NCBI RefSeq assembly: GCF_028641065.1
Contig: NW_026575662.1
Coordinates: 1-37,350 of the forward strand
Direction: 5' to 3'
DNA length: 37,350 bases
Source: Leucoraja erinacea
Lineage: Eukaryota
Shown piece by piece: positions 33,022 to 37,350 of this stretch; position 1 is the first letter of the stretch; each line of letters starts with the position of its first letter. The notes under the pieces are model-generated. The model ran no database searches, was not told the DNA's origin, and saw only the letters and a program-made list of their open reading frames with translations. A program made the position numbers and the translations under genes.

Positions 33022-33417
33022 TCACAGGAATAAATTTATTCCACCCGTTCCTTCTCTCCAGAGATGCTGCCTGTCCCGCTGAGTTACTCCAGCTTTGTGT
33101 GTCTATGTTTGGTTTAAACGTTAAACCAGCATCTGCAGTTCCTTCCTACACATAGAAGTTGGAAGGTTATGTTACAACATTACAAGACATTCCTTGAGAA
33201 CACATTTGGAGTGTTGTGTTCAGTTTTGGTCGACCTGTTATTGGGGTTGATCCCCACCAGATGGCGCCACACGACAGCAGACTCTTGTGTGTCTTGCTGC
33301 CTTTTTTTTGGTATGACTGTACAGCAAATCAAATCCCTCGTGTGTTGCAAAACATACTTGGCTAATAAATTACGATTATGATTATGAATAAGCAGAAAAG
33401 GGTGCAGAGAAAATTTA

Positions 33418-33634
33418 TTTAAGAAGGAACTGCAGATGCTGGAAAATCGAAGGTACACAAAAATGCTGGAGAAACTCAGCGGGTGCAGCAGCACCTATGG
33501 AGCGAAGGAAATGGGCAACATTTCGGGCCGAAACCGCAGTCTGAAGAAGGGTTTCGGCCCAAAACGTTGCCTATTTCCTTCGCTCCATAGATGCTGCTGC
33601 ACCCGCTGAGTTTCTCCAGCATGTTTGTGTACGA
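33418..33634. mobile_element. Palindromic Penelope-derived element with a 13-bp TSD
   Basis: Hairpin at about 33453-33632, same family as 28123-28346 in the opposite orientation. cagagaaaattta occurs at 33405-33417 and 33635-33647. Confidence 0.85.
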
Positions 33635-33910
33635 CAGAGAAAATTTACGTTGCAAGGACTCATGGGCCTGAGTTGTGGGGAGAGGTTGAGCAGGCTTGGA
33701 TTGCAGCAGGATAAGAGGTGATGTTACAGAAGTGCATCATATCATGAAGAGATAAATGTAGTCTTTTACCCAGAGTTGGGATATCAAGAGCCAGAGGACA
33801 CGGGTTAAAGATGAGGGGGGAAAGATCCTGAGGGACAACTTTCACACCTAGAATGAGTTGTAGACAGGAGGTAGATGAGGCCAGGTACTATCACAGCGTT
33901 GAAAAGCATT

Positions 33911-34661
33911 TAACCCATATAACAATTACAGCACGGAAACAGGCCATCTCGACCCTTCTAGTCCGTGCCGAACACATAATCTCCCCTAGTCCCATATACC
34001 TGCGCTCAGACCATAACCCTCCATTCCCTTCCCATCCATATAACTATCCAATTTATTTTTTAAATGATAAAAACGAACCTGCCTCCACCACCTTCACTGG
34101 AAGCTCATTCCACACAGCTACCACTCTCTGAGTAAAGAAGTTCCCCCTCATGTTACCCCTAAACTTCAGTCCCTTAATTCTCATGTCATGTCCCCTTGTT
34201 TGAATCTTCCCTACTCTCAGTGGGAAAAGCTTTTCCACGTCAACTCTGTCTATCCCTCTCATCATTTTAAAAACCTCTATCAAGTCCCCCCTTAACCTTC
34301 TGCGCTCCAAAGAATAAAGCCCTAACTTGTTCAACCTTTCTCTGTAACTTAGTTGCTGAAACCCAGGCAACATTCTAGTAAATCTCCTCTGTACTCTCTC
34401 TATTTTGTTGACATCCTTCCTATAATTAGGCGACCAAAATTGTACACCATACTCCAGAATTGGCCTCACCAATGCCTTGTACAATTTTAACATTACATCC
34501 CAACTTCTATACTCAATGCTCTGATTTATAAAGGCCAGCACACCAAAAGCTTTCTTTACCACCCTATCTACATGAGATTCCACTTTCAGGGAACTGTGCA
34601 CAGTTATTCCCAGATCCCTCTGTTCACCTACATTCTTCAATTCCCTACCATTTACCATGTA
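33911..34661 (-). mobile_element. CR1 family A (A1), 5'-truncated
   Basis: ORF 34053-34658(-) and 3' UTR. Confidence 0.93.
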
Positions 34662-34796
34662 CTATTTGGATAGTTTAGTTTAGTTTTTTGTTATGAAATA
34701 CAGCACAGAAACAGGCCCTTCAGTCCAGTCCGTATCCAACTGCAATCCCCGCATATTAAAACTATCACACACACACTATCTGGGGCTAAACGTTTT

Positions 34797-35176
34797 TAGA
34801 GGTCTTTAAAATGATGAGAGGGATAGACAGAGTTGATGTGGACAAGCTTTTCCCTTTGAGAATAGGGAAGATTCAAACAAGAGGACATGACTTCAGAATT
34901 AAGGGACAGAAGTTTAGGGGTAATATGAGGGGGAACTTATTTACTCAGAGAGTGGTAGCGGTGTGGAATGAGCTTCCAGTGGAAGTGGTGGAGGCAGGTT
35001 CATTGGTATCATTTAAAAATAAATTGGATAGTCATATGGATGAGAAGGGAATGGAGGGTTATGGTATGAGTGCAGGCAGGTGGGACTAAGGGGAAAAAAA
35101 GTTGTTCGGCACGGACTTGTTGGGCCGAGATGGCCTGTTTCCGTGCTGTAATTGTTATATGGTTATATGGTTATAA
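34797..35176 (+). mobile_element. CR1 family A (A2) 3' end nested in a minus-strand V-SINE (about 34675-35328)
   Basis: ORF 34811-35089 and tail, with SINE halves on both sides. Confidence 0.9.
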
Positions 35177-35359
35177 ACCTGTACATCTTTGCAGTGTGGG
35201 AGAAAACCGAAGATCTTGGAGAAAACTCACGTACAAACTCCGTACAGACAGCACCCATAGTCAGGATCGAACTCGGGTCTCTGGCGCTGTAAGGCAGCAA
35301 CTCTACCACTGCGTCACTGTGCTGCCCCAAAGTTACCTCGATAGGATAGATTTAGAAGG

Positions 35360-35772
35360 AATTGAATAACCTTTAATAATCCTTTACAGGAAATTACAGT
35401 GCCACAACAGCTTCAAACAGACATACCACACATTTCCACAGATAGCTTCAATACTTAATAAGTTAAAATACAATGAATGAATACTAAAAAAATCCAAAAT
35501 TATTTTTGTGCATTATAAAACCTTATAGCAGCTGGTATACAAGACTAACTATATCTCTCCGTTTTGCACATTGGTGCAATCAGTCTCTGACTGAAGATGC
35601 TGCACTTGATCACCTTCAGGGCGTGGAGTGGGTGAGTGGGGTTGGTCATTATTGAACCTAGTTTGTTCAGAGTTCTGGCCTCTGCCACCTGCTGGACCGT
35701 TAGTTGCTCAGCCCCGACCACTGAGCCGGCCTTCCTGATCAGCTTGTCCAGTCTGTTTTTGTCCGCTGTGCT
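35360..35772 (-). mobile_element. Rex1/Babar LINE 3' fragment
   Basis: ADKNRLDKLIRKAGSVVG...NPTHPLH motif. Confidence 0.75.
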
Positions 35773-36107
35773 TTGAGGCCAAATGAGGCAGATGGGACAT
35801 GTGTAGATGGGGCATGCTGGTTGGCATGGGCTAGTTGGGCTGAAGGGACATTTCACACTATGACACTATGACTCCATGTGCAGGCAGTTGAAACTAGTTT
35901 ATTTTGGCTTCATGTTCAGCGTAGACACTGTGGGCTGAAGAGCCTGTTCCTGTGTTGTACTATTCCATGTTCCACATTCCAACTTTCCTCTCAAAGTATC
36001 TGAAAACGTAGTCTTCCTCCGTTAACCACTTGTTGCCCAGCTACATACTTTCTTGCATCAACTCGAATATTGCATCCCGTAAATGGTCCTCTCTCTGTTC
36101 TTCACAG

Positions 36108-36242
36108 GCCCCGGAATTAGATTCACCGGTTGAGACCACATACTGCCTTCTCCAGCTTCCTCAGGCCAACAGGCCAGCAACACCAGATAATCAGGACGCA
36201 GGCATTATCTACGCTGTGCCACAGAGAGTGCAACGCAGGTGA
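36108..36242 (+). CDS. Terminal cytoplasmic exon with two tyrosine motifs
   Basis: Acceptor cctctctctgttcttcacag|, phase 0. Encodes APELDSPVETTYCLLQLPQANRPATPDNQDAGIIYAVPQRVQRR* with TxYxxL and IxYxxP motifs. Confidence 0.8.
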   Translation, partial: APELDSPVETTYCLLQLPQANRPATPDNQDAGIIYAVPQRVQRR

Positions 36243-36267
36243 AGGGCTGGATCTCACATCTGCGCCC

Positions 36268-36963
36268 TATCCACATGGGGATCCTGTGGATAGGGTGAAC
36301 TGTTTTAAATATCTGGGAGTCCACATCTCTGAGGATATGACATGGTCATCACACGCCTCAGCACTGGTGAGTAAGGCAAGGCAGCGCCTTTACCACCTCA
36401 GGCAATTGAGGAAATTCAGAGTGTCTCCGAGGATCCTCCAGTGCTTCTACGCAGCGGCGGTGGAAAGCATCTTGTCCGGGAACATTACCATCTGGTTCGG
36501 GAATTGCTCTGCCAAGGACAAGAAGGCTCTGCAGAGAGTAGTACGTTCGGCCGAACGCACTATGGGAACTTCACTCACCCCCCTGCAGGGCATATACAAC
36601 AGGAGGTGCAACTCCAGAGCAAACAAAATCATGAGAGACCTCTTCCACCCCTGCAACGGACTGTTCCAGCCGCTACGGTCAGGCAAACGCCTCCGTTGCC
36701 ATGCAGTGAGAACGGAGAGGTTGAGAAGGAGTTTCTTCCCAGAGGCAATTCGGACTGTAAACGCCTTTCTCACCAGGGACTAACTGTACAGAACGTTTTT
36801 CCTTCTATTATTTATTATGTAATATAATATGTGTGTTATGATTGTGTTTATAATTTGTTTGGTTGTTTTGTTGTTCCACGAGCATTGCCACTTTCATTTC
36901 ACTGCACATCTCGTATGTGTATGTGACAAATAAACTTGACTTGACTTGACTTGACTTGACTTG
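36268..36963 (+). mobile_element. Rex1/Babar LINE 3' end
   Basis: VNCFKYLGVHI...KARQRLYHLRQLRKF...VESILSGNITIWFG...SFFPEAIR, AATAAA at 36929 and (ACTTG)n tail. Confidence 0.9.
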
Positions 36964-37059
36964 GAACAGCAGCATTTTGTTGGGACATTGGATCAGCTAA
37001 CAGCGCCAACAGGAGAAGATGGACACAAGGAGAAATGTCACAACCCAGGCCTTTCAGAA

Positions 37060-37350
37060 AAAGATGCAAAGTGCTGGAGTAACTCAGCGGGCCAGGCTGC
37101 ATCTCTGGAGAACATGGATAAGTGACGTTTCGGGTCGGGACCCTTCATCAGACTGTATGTGGTGGGGGAGGTGGGGGAAGAAAGCTTGAAGAGAATAGAG
37201 GCAGGACAAATATTGACGAGTGATAGGTGGATACAGGGAGGCGGGAAGGGTTTGGTAGGTGGATAGTTGGACAAAGCCCAGAGATAAAAAGACAAAAGGT
37301 TTGAGATAAGAATAGGAGAGTTTCAAATTGTGAAGCTGGAGGACAAATGT
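37060..37350 (-). mobile_element. Penelope-like element 3' terminal region
   Basis: Same family segment as 15600-15871, in reverse orientation. Confidence 0.65.
37124..37151 (-). ncRNA. Minimal hammerhead-ribozyme core motif (best copy in the window)
   Basis: Minus strand reads agu-CUGAUGA-A-GGGU(CCCG)ACCC-GAAAC-GUC-acu; the flanking agu/acu can pair as a 3-bp stem I. Confidence 0.6.

Noticed and set aside
36130-36783. 217-aa ORF apparently fusing the last exon to RT-related sequence
   Set aside because: Non-ATG start in a different frame from the receptor exon; chance read-through into the Rex1 fragment.

Overview
Vertebrate genomic DNA, most likely a cartilaginous fish such as a skate or ray (inferred from the repeat repertoire). 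Most of the window is nested transposable elements: two young 5'-truncated CR1 LINE families (A with (TTATATGG)n tails, B with (TTTCTATG)n tails), older CR1 relics, Rex1/Babar and L2 LINE fragments, tRNA-derived V-SINEs, a Gypsy integrase/LTR remnant and a 739-bp fold-back DNA element. There are also Penelope-like fragments carrying minimal hammerhead-ribozyme motifs, some in palindromic elements with 13-16-bp target duplications. Between the repeats is a + strand spliced host gene that the ORF track does not assemble. Four phase-compatible exons (about 21792-22074, 24584-24718, 29101-29180, 36108-36242) encode a CD2/SLAM/CEACAM-type Ig V domain, a Ser/Thr stalk, a transmembrane helix and a tail with ITSM/ITIM-like tyrosines. 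The 5' part of its V exon is replaced by a mosaic CR1 copy and no leader exon is securely identified. Other notable items are a 185-bp duplication flanking a CR1, P-element-like CAAAG...CTTTG footprints, shared CR1 truncation points and a probable assembly-consensus artefact. All coordinates were read by eye and repeat boundaries are approximate.
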